A stretch of DNA of 63,090 nucleotides, counting the filler, from Nemertoderma westbladi (taxonomy: Eukaryota; Animalia; Xenacoelomorpha): the NCBI GenBank assembly GCA_032718475.1. It is 3 parts of 3 records of this genome, joined end to end, with 100 filler letters (N's around TTAATTAATTAA, not from the genome) between each part and the next. Parts side by side here need not be neighbours in the genome. Positions count along the whole stretch, not along the records: positions 21,334 to 46,525 come from JAUCBJ010005867.1; 2 more parts are not named here. The stretch is one strand, 5' to 3'. A program made the translations under genes and the position numbers. Positions within the stretch are counted from its first letter, which is position 1; every line of letters starts with the position of its first letter. Positions 22,123 to 34,508 of the stretch are shown one piece after another. The notes under the pieces are model-generated. The model was not told where the DNA came from. It saw nothing but the letters and a program-made list of their open reading frames with translations, and did not search any database.

Positions 22123-22647
22123 CTTATACAAACTGCCAGCCAAGCTGTAGCAAGCCAAGTTGGCACCACCTAGGGTGAAAGCTTCAATGATACGACAACT
22201 GAAACAAAGAACAATATAAGATACACCAGGTGGACCCCAATCCAAAATGCCAAATAAAGCCATACAAGTACCAGCCAATATATATCCCGATATTAATACA
22301 AACTTAACCCCAATATTTGGTATAAAATTTCCGAAAACGATGTACGAAAGACACCTTATTCCAGCATAGACACCAAACAGTATGCCAACAAGAGATTCAT
22401 TAAAGCCACGAGTTACAGCCCTGGTAGTAAAGAATGCAGCAGGTAGAGAGAAACACATTCCTGCACTGAAAGATTGGATAACCAGCAGGATTGTATTAGT
22501 AAGACGATGTCTAATAATCCTCCATAAAATATTCCCGGAATTATTTCTTGAAATGATTGTTGAATCACGAACATCTTCATCAGGTTTACTCTTATATTTA
22601 TAATCATCACTAACATCAACATCTGATAGAGCTATGATTTCCTTCAT
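22123..22647 (-). CDS. SLC18B1-like MFS transporter copy 1, N-terminal exon (175 codons, intact); second exon lost in or beyond the gap
   Basis: Hydrophobic helices (FSLPAAFF..RG..VGILFG..IGVKFVLISG..CRIIEA); donor AAG|GTGAGT at 22122. Confidence 0.8.
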
Positions 22648-22767
22648 TATAACAATTTAGCAAAGTAAGTGAAAGATGATAGCAACGCGAATAATATCTG
22701 TAACTCTGATTGTGTATTAATAATGAATCAATTGATAATGTATATCTATATATACAGTATTAGGCCT

Positions 22768-24871
22768 ATGTGTGTTAATAATAACTAATAATAATTAATA
22801 ATAACATAAAAACAGCTTTGAAGCACCAATGAAGACCAATCCACCGATTCAATATACCAGAATATAATAACAGCCCACAAGGAATCAGCTAAGAGGCATA
22901 GCCCCCAGAAACCCAAACGAAAACAGTATGTGCCATCTCAAAACTCTGAGGTTACTTGTAAGAGAGAAGATCTTAAGATAGCCTACAAAGTTAAAACCGA
23001 ACAACCAACAACCGAAAACATTAACAAGGTTGAGAAAGCTAAGGACGATCTTAAATTGGCCTACAACATCAGCCAGGAAAAGTATGGCCTACAACATCAG
23101 CCAGGAAAAGTATAAAATAAAACAGGACAAAACTTAAGCAATTACAACTGCTCACATACAGCAACAATCAAGACTTACCTGGCAAACTGTAAATGAGGTA
23201 TCTGGTCGGAAAAGTTGTGCAAAGGGGCGCCTCAAAGCCGATAGTCCTGAAGAACGTGTTGGGAAGTGGAAAAATCACTTCAGCAACTTGCTTGGGCAGC
23301 CACCAAACATCGAGGTCACCCCTACAAGGAAAATATATGACAAGACACTACCTATAGTAACAGGGGACTTCACACCTGCCGAACTCCAAAGAAGCATTAA
23401 AAGCATGTCCAATAATAAAGCAAGTGGATTAGATGAAATCCCAGCGGAGGTATGGAAAACCGGAGTGCTAAACAGACCATTATTGAATGTTTGCAATCGG
23501 ATGTTAAAAGGGGAAAAGCCACCACCAATTTGGACTAAAGTTCAACTAAAGCCTCTCCCCAAGAAAGGAGACCTCGGCATACCAACAAACTATCGTGGGA
23601 TCTGTCTGCTTGTGGTAGCTGCCAAAATATACAATAAAATGATTCTATATAGGATTAGGCCTCACATAGGGAAACTACTACGTAAGAGTCAAAACGGATT
23701 TCGATCAAGTAGATCAACAATAGCTCAGATACTTGCACTACGGAGACTGATTGAAGGAATTAAGTCAAAGAATCTCCCCGCAGTCATAAACTTTGGATTT
23801 CAAGAAGGAATTCGACTCCATCCATAGAGGTAAAATGCTTGAAATCTTAAGAGCTTATGGAATACCAGAAGTAATTGTTGCTGGCATTGGATTGTTATAT
23901 TGTGACACAGAAGCGCAGGTACTCTCACCAGATGGTGAAACTGAGTTTTTCTCAATCCTGGCTCTCGTACTGCAAGGTGACACATTAGCACCATTACTAT
24001 TTGTAATTGTGCTGGATTACACAATGAGGACGGCCACAAAGGGTGAAGATCTGGGATTCACACTTCAAGAACGCAGAAGTAGTAGATATCCAGCAACTAC
24101 AGTGACAGACACCGACTTTGCGGATGACATCGCCCTGCTCTCTAATATGCTAGCAGATGCACAGCTTCTACTAAATAAAGTGGAGAGGGCTGCTAAGGAG
24201 GTTGGATTGCATATAAATGCTACCAAGACCGAATTCATGACCTTTAATGTTGATGGAAACTTGACAACCATTGATAATAATCAACTAAGGAAGGTCGATG
24301 ACTTCCAGTACCTTGGATCATGGATAGAGAGTAGCAAAAAGGACATAGAAGTTAGGAAAACAAAGGCTTGGGTAGCTCTATTAAAAATGGATACCATCTG
24401 GAAATCAGATCTCTCCAGGCACCTGAAGACTAAGTTCTTTCGAGCCACAGTGGAAAGTGTATTTTTATACGGGGGTGAGACCTGGACACTGACTAAATCA
24501 CTTGAACAACGAATTGATGGTTGCTACACAAGACTACTAAGGGCAGCTCTAAACATCAGCTGGATACAACACATTACAAACACCGAGCTTTATGGTACAA
24601 TACCGCCTGTATCCACCACCCTCCGTGAACGCAGATTAAGATTCAGTGGGCACTGCTGGCGAAGTAAAGACGAGGTCATACCAGATCTACTTTTCTGGCA
24701 ACCAACTCATGGAAAGCGTAGTCGTGGACGACCGGCCATAACATATATAGATCAACTTGAAAGGGATACTGAACTTGGGAGAAACGAAATTGCGACAACT
24801 ATGGAAAATCGGGTAGCCTGGAAGGATCTCATTTCCACTGTCCGAGTTCGCTCGACCTAGTACTAGTAGTA
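22768..24871 (+). mobile_element. 5'-truncated RTE-clade LINE with ~52-bp TSD and (TAG)n tail; RT frameshifted
   Basis: KASGLDEIP, NYRGICLL, QNGFR, DFKKEFDSI, LQGDTLAP, DFADDIALL, RRLRFSGHC; absent from the paralogous site at ~39040-39105. Confidence 0.92.
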
Positions 24872-25550
24872 GTATTAATAATGAATCAATTTATAATGTA
24901 TATCTATATATACAGTATTAGGCTTAAAGTTAAAACATCTTCAGATCGCTGCCTGACAGGATGCACTGCTTCCAAATTATACCTCTATTTTTTAATTTAA
25001 TCCCATTAGTCATATTTCTTTGCATGTTTGTTTCTAAAGTTAAAAATTTCAAATAATATAAAGTTAGGCAATTGCTTCTAGAAAGCAATGAATACCATTA
25101 ATTAGAGCCAGTCCACTCTCCACACCAAACACATTAGGAATGAATGACGAGTAGGAATCATGATGCCCTGAAATCATTGTAGGAATTATTTCCTAAAATT
25201 AATTAGTGACATATTTAGAATTCACAAAGTGAGATACATATTATTTCTAGCGAAACGTTTAAAAACCAAGAATATTCAATACTGTACTGTGGTTACTGTT
25301 ACTCACATAGGCTTTTGGCAAAACAATCTAACAACATACCAGTACAGAATATACTGGAGTTCAGGCCTACTTTGGCTACTTTATATCATATGTATAGATT
25401 TATTGGACATGATTTCCCCATTAAAACTGGTATGACATTTCATTGGCTAATGGCTTTTCCCCATACACTTATGTAGGCAAAGTATGGCGGATTAATTAAA
25501 ATGAATAAATGATACTTGATCATGAGCTGGTGAAAAAATAAGTATATTAA

Positions 25551-26695
25551 GGGGGGGGGGGGGGGGGGGGGGGGGTAGCGCATTTTCAGACCAAAAAGTC
25601 GAATTTTTGAAACATATCCTATCTGATGGAGAATTTCATGCTGAATCCAAATATGGAAACCGTTTTCCCATATCTTGCTTAGTTTTCGAGATATCTGGGA
25701 TAGAAGATACTGGCTCCGATGTATCGCGATATCGGTAAAGGAGATGAAGTTTGGGGTTTGCATTCAATTTCTGAATATTTCTGTGCTCAGTGGTGCTAAT
25801 TGGATGTCTCCACGAGAAAGAGCACAAAATTTTAATTGAGAAGATATTTTTTTATGATTATTGGACCTACTGATCAGTTTATAAGACAACTTCAAGTCTC
25901 CGGAATGAAGACGGGACTCGAATAAGCGACTCTGCGGTCTTTGCGGGATTACACGGAATAGACTTATCGGTCATCGGAGATCTTCAAAATGTATAATCTC
26001 CAGTTCTAGTGGTCGTACGAAGTTCGTTTTGGGCTCATTCGAAAGCTCTTTTCTCAGAGACCAAAGTTACCATTTGGTTTGGCAAACTCTTGAAAGCTGC
26101 CTGAGCAATCATAACTTGAACAAAATTTGCAAGGCATATTTTACCCAAATTCATGTTATGTTGCTTTACAACCATTTTGTCTTAAATCAAATGGTAACTT
26201 TGTTCTCTAAGAAAAGAGCTTTCGAATGAGCCTAAAACGAACTTCGTACGACCACTAGAACTGGAGATTATACATTTTGAAGATCTCCGATGACCAATAA
26301 GTCTATTCCGTGTAATCGCGCAAAGACCGCAGAGTTGCTTATTCGAGTCCAGTCTTCATTCCGGAGACTTGAAGTTATCTTATAAACTGATCAGTAGGTC
26401 CAATAATCATAAAAAAATACCTTCTCAATTAAAATTTTGTGCTCTTTCTCGTGGAGACATCCAATTGGCACCACTGAGCACAGAAATATGCAGAAATTGA
26501 ATGCAAACCCCAAACTTCATCGCCTTTACCGATATCGCGATATATCGGAGCCAGTATCTTCTATCCCAGATATCTCGAAAACTAAGCAAGATATCGGAAA
26601 ACGGTTTCCATATTTGGATTCAGCATGAAATTCTGCATCAGATAGGATATATTTCAAAAATTCGTCTTTGTGGTCCGAAAATGCGCTACCCCCCC
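25551..26695. mobile_element. Kolobok-like non-autonomous DNA transposon with ~500-bp TIRs and TTAA TSD
   Basis: TTAA|GGGG...CCCC|TTAA; arms ~25551-26080 and ~26184-26695 are inverted copies; the paralogous site (~40105-40120) has a single TTAA. Confidence 0.85.
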
Positions 26696-27674
26696 TTAAT
26701 ATAAATTGTAAACCTTTCAACCAAACAGTCTGGATTATAGTTAATCCGCAACTACAGGATAAAACTCCACTACCACTTTATTCATTTTGTACAGACATAT
26801 AGCCCACACGCTTCGAGCACAATGCTTATCCCTCAAAAGTGGGGTATTATAACCAAATCAATAAAATGCTTATCCCTCAAAAGTGGGGTATTATAACCAA
26901 ATCAATAAATAAGATATTTGAATAATTGTGGAGAAACAATTTTATACCGTTTCAACAGCCAATTTCCCAAGTCATCACGCAATGCACACCAAATTATCAA
27001 TGTACAAACACCAATAAGTACATCATATTGAAGTAGATTTTAATCAAAGACACTCGATTAATAGTCTCAAATGCGATGTACCTTGGACCACTTCCAGGGG
27101 GAACACTTACTGGTATTGGCTAATAATACATTTGTGATTATTAGACAAAGGTAATGATAATAATCTAGCTGTTGTAAAGCTGTTTAAGTAGTGAGAGAAC
27201 GTCCCACAGATGATAAAACTTATAGGGTAGGTATCTCCGGCCCAAGTCTAGCTTAAGGTAGTAGTAGGTAGTACCATAAGGTACCAGGTATTTTGGCGAT
27301 GTTATCGATATTAATCATTTAGTCATGAAAAAGTAAATGGTATAATTAATTTATATTTTATTGGCAATAATAATTAATACTATTAAATTAATAATTCAAC
27401 TACATCAATAGTTGATGGCAATGGAGGGGAGGTGTCTGCTGACCAGTCTATCATGTTGGCAAAGGGTTTTTGGTCATAAGGTACATGCAGAACAACTATG
27501 AGTAATATACTATAAATAAATTTTAAAGCTCCCTCTCAATTGGAGATGGGGATGAGTATTGTTTGGTGAAAATACGAACTTTTTAGGGCCACATAGTGAG
27601 ACCTCTAGTACAGTATTCACTCCGATATTTTTGTTGATGTTTCCAGTTGGGTTTTAGTTTTATAAGGCTTCATA

Positions 27675-27750
27675 GGGCGCAGTGACGAAGTTGCCGGAGT
27701 GTTGGACTTGGAATATCTATCTAGGCACCGAGTTCAATCCCACTTTCTGG
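27675..27750 (+). mobile_element. Degenerate tRNA-derived SINE-like head (paralog at ~40975-41040)
   Basis: A-box-like (TAGCGCAGTGG in the paralog) and B-box-like GAGTTCAATCC at pol III spacing. Confidence 0.35.
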
Positions 27751-28211
27751 TGAATTGTTTTGGTAGTAAGATCAGTAGTAAGACATTCAAGGAGACAGTT
27801 CAGGCGTTAGTAGACGCGGACCTTTGCACGATTTCGCGCTTGTTAATTACGTAAATACAAGAGACTTACGTAGTAAAAAAAGTAAATATCTTGGCCATAT
27901 GTATAATGTACAATGCACAAAATTATTTACTTCCCTAGTGAAGCGAGGAGAATAAATGGCACAGTTAGTTATGGTAACTCATTTAAGTTTCTTCTTCATA
28001 TCGAATAAGTTAGTTTCTAGAAAAATGCAGCGCTGTAAATGCGAAAAATGCAGCGCTGTAAATGCGAATTGTCGATTTTTGGGTTCTCAAACTCGAGGAG
28101 ATATCTTATTCGAGTTTCAGATTCAATATTTCAATATTTCAACATCCCGGTTAGGTTCAGTTTCATAAGCTGCTATCATCCGAATAGATCTTTTGTTGCT
28201 TTTATTAACTT

Positions 28212-30909
28212 CTATCCACTCAGAAGGGGCTCCTTTTCATCTTCCACAACTTGTTGCCTCCCATCATCATCTGTCAAAACTGGTGCAAATATTTCCCTCC
28301 CAACATATTTATAATAAAGCACCAATACAATAGCCGGGATCATCACAATAATGTTGAATCCACAGAAAACTGTAGCAGCTAAAGGAAACTTGATATATTG
28401 AGCCAATGGCCCGGCAACTAGTGGTCCAATAAATAGACCACAAGCCCCTGTGCTGGTTGCAACGGACATCACAACTGTGTGGTTACCGATAGTTTGTGGC
28501 CATTGGAGGCGGTATTTGTATATTTTAAGCAGCGTTTCTATATAAGGTGTTGCCATTGACATTCCAAATCCTAATAAAGCAGTTCCAACTATCACAATGC
28601 TAATTCTTTCTGGTAAGTTCAATAAAGGTGATGGCCCCATCAGTAACAATCCTACTATACCAACGAAATGGGAAACAATTATCACTATCAAAGTGTTGAT
28701 TGATCGATAACTGGCCAGAAATGAACCCCATGCTAATCCTGTTGAAACGTTTATAAGTGGAGCTATAAGAAACATTGATCCAATTTCTACAGGAGACAAA
28801 TCATATACATTCACAAGATGAATAGCGAATGTTGTTTCATAGAAGCCCATAGCCATAGCCATTACAAACCACATAAAGAAAGCAGATAAACATACCCTGG
28901 CTTTGAGTAAATCAAATATGGTCTTTGTAGTGACAATTTTGCTGGGTTTGATGCTAGGGAGAGAGATTATGTTTATTAAGGCAATGACTACTTCTGTTCC
29001 ACCAAGGATTACAAAGGGAGTAACAAAGTTGGTGTATTGGTATAGAATTCCTCCCAGGGCAGGTCCGCACATGGTTCCTCCAAAGAAGGCATTGTGAAGA
29101 AGTGATAAAACAAATATTTGTTCTTTCTGTGGGAAACAAGAGATAATATGTATTAATTTTGAGCTATTTGTAATTCTTGATAAATTATCAATGGCCTTGA
29201 ATTTATTTACTTCGGTCTTGAACTTATGTATGTCCCTCTTCATTTATTTATATGTCGGTTTTGATTTATTATTGTTACACACAGATTTATTTAGGCTATG
29301 CTTGATTTAATTATGTCGTCTTTGAATTATTTATGTCGTTCTTGATTTCCATTTACACGGTCTTGCTCTTGATTCATTGGTCTAAGGGACCTGCCTCCAG
29401 TTGTAATCAACCAATCAGCATTGACCTGGTTGATGAATCACATTGTACGTTAGTGCAGTGAGTGTAAACTACATATACACTATTAATATAATCATGAAAC
29501 TGAAGCTAAAATTTATAAAACAAAATATTGTATAACACTACACTGTATAAACTCGGCCAACATGCCGACATCTCCCTAAGAAATCTCCGGTTGTAGAGTA
29601 CAAGGTTTAACTGTACAAGAGTAGCGGTGGTGGCCCTGGCCATATGGTACACAGTACAGTACATGTTGGTGTACCATGCTGTACAGTACATCACGCCTTG
29701 ATTCAGCAACCAGGTCATTGCTGATTGGTTGATTACAATTGGGGGGAAGTTTTGGCCATTGAAACCTTTGACCCTATGGAAACTTTGGCCATGTGGAACC
29801 TTTGACCCTATGGAAGCCATAAGCAAGCTAGTATGTACTATGAAGTCTGGGTTTCCAGAACCCCTTCGTGGAGACAGAATAAATATATTATTTTGGGGAG
29901 CGGGTCAAATCCTATTGTTCAGGATGCAATGCTAGACAATGTGGGACAAGTGTAGTGTACTGTACTATTACTATACATCAACACCAAAGTGCCTGCACCT
30001 AGCATAATAAGCATGGAATGCAGAGTGCTACGTAAGACATTAGTATCGCTGACATTCCCCTTTGTGCTGCTACTCATATGAGATCAGTTTGACCATCACC
30101 CCATAGTACCGGGATGCTCTGGCCCGATTGTATGGTTAGGGTCGCATAGCTAATACAATGATTTATGGTACATTTTCAGAAGTAATGTGAATCACAATAA
30201 TTGGCTATTATAACAGACTAATGTCAGTATTACTATATTGATAATACGAAATTAGTCAACATTTCGAGAGGTTTGGGTCAACTATCACATCACACTTTTA
30301 TTTGTAAATGTACTATAAATATAATATAATATATAATATAACAATAAAATAAATAGTGTCTGATGACTCCAGATTAAATACTCACCTTATACAAACTGCC
30401 AGCCAAGCTGTAGCAAGCCAAGTTGGCACCACCTAGGGTAAAAGCTTCAATGACACGACAACTGAAACAAAGAACAATGTAAGATACACCAGGTGGACCC
30501 CAATCCAAAATGCCAAATAAAGCCTTACAAGTACCAGCCAATATATATCCCGATATTAATACAACCTTAACCCCAATATTTGGGATAAAATTTCCGAAAA
30601 CAATGAATGACAGACACCTTATTCCAGCATAAACACCAAACAGGATGCCAACGAGAGATTCATTGAAGCCACGAGTGACGGCCCTGGTAGTAAAGAATGC
30701 AGCTGGCAGAGAGAAACACATTCCTGCACTGAAAATTTGGATAACCAAAAGGATTGTATTAGTAAGACGATGCCTAATAATTCTCCATAAAATATTCCTG
30801 GAATTTTTTCTTGAAATGATTGTTGAATCACGACGTCTTCATCAGGTTTACTTGTACATTTATAATCATCACTAACATCAACATTTGATAGAGCTATGAT
30901 TTCTTTCAT
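28212..30909 (-). pseudogene. SLC18B1-like MFS transporter copy 2, both exons (30386-30909 and 28212-29126; ~479 aa), 1-nt deletion near 30832
   Basis: Phase-0 splice joins ..GSLYK|KEQIFVLSLLHNAFFGGTMCGPALGGILY..; exon 1 is 524 nt versus 525 in copy 1; C-terminal EKEPLL dileucine-like motif. Confidence 0.8.
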
Positions 30910-30933
30910 TATAACAATTTAGCAAAGTAAGTG

Positions 30934-33900
30934 AACGAATGAAGTGGTAGGCATTCACCAGCGGCAGCATAGTGTAAAGATGATAGAAAAAATAAAGTAT
31001 TGAGGGTCTTTAGCTGGTTACATTATATTAGATAAAGATACAATAGTAAACGTTTTCGACCTACCGGTCTGCATCAGACTATGTACTGGCAACTAACAGG
31101 AAAAGGTGGGGGTCTATATATATATATAAGTTTTAAAGGGGAATACCTGATAGGTGAATCCCAGAAAGGTTAACGTGTATGTATGTACTGTATAACGTAA
31201 GGTAATTGTGATAGGGAAAATACACCGAGTTAGTTGTAAGCTGTCAATCTAAAGTACAAATATAGGGTTGCAGGTTGGGTTATAAGGTTGGGAGAAGTTG
31301 ATAGGGAAATCCCAGGAGTGGTCATGTGTCTACATACTGAATGGTATAATTGGATTAGGTAGGTTACATAGGATTATGAGGTATCTACTTAAAGCGCATG
31401 GTTAGGTAGAATTCAACATAATGATAGCTGTAATTTTTACATAGTAAGAAATCACAAGAAACAGAAAAACCAAGACAAAACAAAAAGGAAGGTAGGGGAA
31501 AAGCACATAAAAACCCCGGAAATTCGCTATGGAGGGCACTGTAGTTGTGTAAGATATAGAATATAGGGTGTATTATATAAAACGTTGGGTTTAGATTGCT
31601 GGTCTTGCTACGTTAAGTGGGGGGTTGTATGTATAGATTAGGTTAGCTTCCGTCGCTAGTAGTTCAGCTATGTTTGTGAATTGTTTTATGGTTGCGGTGC
31701 ATAGATTTTCTAAACCACAACCGTATATGTGCCTAGCTAGGAGTATGTCTTCGTGTGTTTTTCCGTCATTGGCTCGTGAGGGGTAGTGTCGTATGTTGTT
31801 GTGGTGTCCATTAAAGCGTTCGTGAAGTTTCTGTCTCGTTTGGCCTATGTAGTATAGAGTAGGGTGGCAGTGGCACCAGGCCAAGTAACATACAGTGTGG
31901 GACTTACATGTATAGTGTCCTTTTATCTTTTCACCCCATGGTGTCTGTTGTATGTTAGTGATAGTTTTGCATGTAAGGCAGCGGCTAGAGTTACATGGCT
32001 CATTAGTGGTGTTATTTGTGTGTGTTTGCGATTGAGTTTTATTTTTGGTTAGTATTTGTCCTAGTGATGTGGGGTTCTTCGTGACTACATTAATGTTGAT
32101 GTCAAGATTGTAGTTTTTGGAGTATCTACGTACAGTCATCTGTTGGTTAGTGGATAGGTAAAATGTGGGTTTCGAGTTAGTGTCTTTAGGTCTAGTTTGG
32201 GGAGTCCAATGTCTAAGTTTGTTAAGGAGGTTCTGGGGGTACTGCCTGAGTAGACATTCGCCAAGGAATTCGTCTCTGAGTTTGGTATAGTCGTTAGACT
32301 CGCTACATCTGCGGTGGATGCGTAGGAGTTGGCTACGAATTACGGATAGTAGTAATTTTTTATCATGGAAGCTATTGTAGTGAATCGGGAGTTTATTGCT
32401 AGTTGGTTTTATGTATAATGTAGTTGTTAGTGTTTCGTTGTTAATCTGTGTCAAGACGTCAAGGAATGGGAGTGATGTGTGGGAGTATTCAATGGTGAAT
32501 TGTATATCAGAGTTTTGGAATAAGTCGTTACAAGAGGAGTTGTTAGTGATTTTCTGTATGTTGTGAATATCCTGTTCACTTAATATACGTTGTACTATAC
32601 CATAGCTTCGTCAACAAACCGTTTGTAGAATGGAATAGGGTAAGTTGTATTATCGTCTGGGCGGGTTATGTTTGGATCCTAGGTTGAGGTAGTTTCGTTA
32701 GTTATGGTTATATTAGGATCTGAGATAGATAGGATAGTTTCTGGAATATTGATGTTGGAATCTAGAGGTGTAAGGTTAGATATTGGGGTCGTTATTATTG
32801 GATCTGAGAAAACGAGGTTAGGTGTAGTGTTTGGTGCTAGTTTAGTTTTATAAGTTACTGAGGTAGTTATATTATTACAGACTAGGGTGGAAGGGGTAGG
32901 TTCCGGGGTAGTTACATATATTAGTTCCAGGGGTAGTTATGTTAGTTTTGTTAGTTTCAGGGGTATTTATGTTAGTTTTAGGGGTAGTTATGTTAGTTGC
33001 AGGGGTAGTTATGTTAATATCAGGAGTAGTTATGTTAGTTTCATGGGTAGTTAGGGTAGTTTTGGGGGTAGTTATGTTAGTTTCAGGGGTGGTTGTATTA
33101 GTTACAGGGGTAGTTATGGTAGTTCTGTGAGTTTCAGTGGTGTTTTTGATAGATTTTAGGGGAATTATACTAGGATTATATCTGGTCTTGTTAGTAGTGT
33201 TGGGATCAGTGGTTGTTGAGCTCGGGTTGGTAGGGGTGGTTAGATCCAGATCGGGTGTGTTAGTATCCAGGTTAGTTGTGTTAGGGAGTCTGTTTGATAC
33301 ACTCGCGTTTAGGTAGTTATTAATGGGGTTGTTCAGGATGTGGAGGAAGTGTATCTCTAATCTAGATATGGTTAGGCTAGCGTAGTTTTTCGAGAAACTG
33401 CTACCCATGGCTGCGCCTCGTAATTGAAGGTATAGTGTGTTATCAAAAGTGAAGTAATTATGTTCAAGTATAAATCGGACGAGTAGTATAAAGTTATCTA
33501 ATGAGATGAGTGTTTGTTGTGTGAAGTGCGTGTCCTCGGAGAGTGCTTGTCGTAGTGCCCTACATCCTACATCATGGGTAATGTTGGTGTACATGTCTAC
33601 TACGTCCAGTGAAATCAGAGTGCAGTCGGGTCCAATATCTCTAGGGAGGGCTGATAGGAAGTCGTCTGTCCCTTTTAAGTTAGACTCCAGGCGAGTGACC
33701 GCGGGTTCTAGAAGGTCGTTAGCAAAGCGGGAAAGTGGGTGTAGAAGGGTGCCCATGGTGGCAACTATAGGTCTGCCCTTAGGTAAGAGTCTACCGTCGC
33801 CCCAGTTTATCCATGATTCCCTGTCCATGTGGTCTTTAATAGTACGCTATCATAGGGTGTTTAGGTAGTAGTAGTGGGTGTAGTGTGTGTTTGGTGTCGA

Positions 33901-34508
33901 TATTACAGGTTTGTAGTAGTGCGTCAAGTTGTGTTCTGTATTTATTAGTAGGGTCTTTAGTTAATGTAGTATAGGTGTTAGGGTCTCTTAAAATACGTAA
34001 GCATTCATTTTTATAGTCATTGGTATCTAGGATTAGAGTGGTACCAGATTTATCGCCCCTACAGATACGAATGTTAGTGTTGGACTTGAGTGATTTGAGG
34101 ACAGTTCGTTGTTGTTTCGTAAGGTTGTCCTGAGGTACATTTTTGGGGGAGACATTGGGTGTTCGGTCTACGTCACGGTGTAGTTCGGCGATGAGAGCTT
34201 CCACTATTTCGTCGTCGCTTTTCGGTGGTAGGGCTCAAGGGGGTGTTTTTAGAGATTTGTTGAGTTGTCTGATTAGTTTGTTGTTGGCGTCCTTTGAGTT
34301 GGTGTGTGCTCCTGGGTCGTTGGTGGTTGCTCCATTGTTGTTAGTCTTCGTCCCTGGGGTGTTGGTGCTCCCGTTTTGGTCGTTGGTTATCGTTCCTGAG
34401 TAGTTGGTGTTCACTTCCGGGTTGTTTCCCGCCCCTGTGTTGTTGGCGTTTGTCCATGGGTTGGTGTTCGCCCCTGGGTTGTTGTTCGCCCGTGGGTTGG
34501 TGTTTTCC
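30934..34508 (-). mobile_element. Penelope-like element (RT plus GIY-YIG endonuclease), degraded, 5' truncated
   Basis: DNLT..LKSLK..GDKSG, KGRPIV, SLDVVDMYTNI, YLQLRGAAMGS, YKRFVDE, LPFLDV, LYIKPT, CNSSRCLTC, YYIGQT..ERFNGH. Confidence 0.92.
31044..31090 (-). ncRNA. Minimal type I hammerhead ribozyme-like motif in the Penelope pLTR (variant core)
   Basis: Minus strand ATAGT-CTGATGC-AGACC-GGTA-GGTC-GAA-AACGTT-T-ACTAT: stem I, stem II and palindromic stem III; A9 replaced by C. Confidence 0.65.

Noticed and set aside
25440-26720. Mirror-image ORF pairs
   Set aside because: Consequence of the long TIRs; no transposase motifs.
28212-29243. ORF-track N-terminus MKRDIHKF... of the MFS ORF
   Set aside because: Read-through into the intron; the true acceptor is at 29127, as shown by the paralog at 42911.
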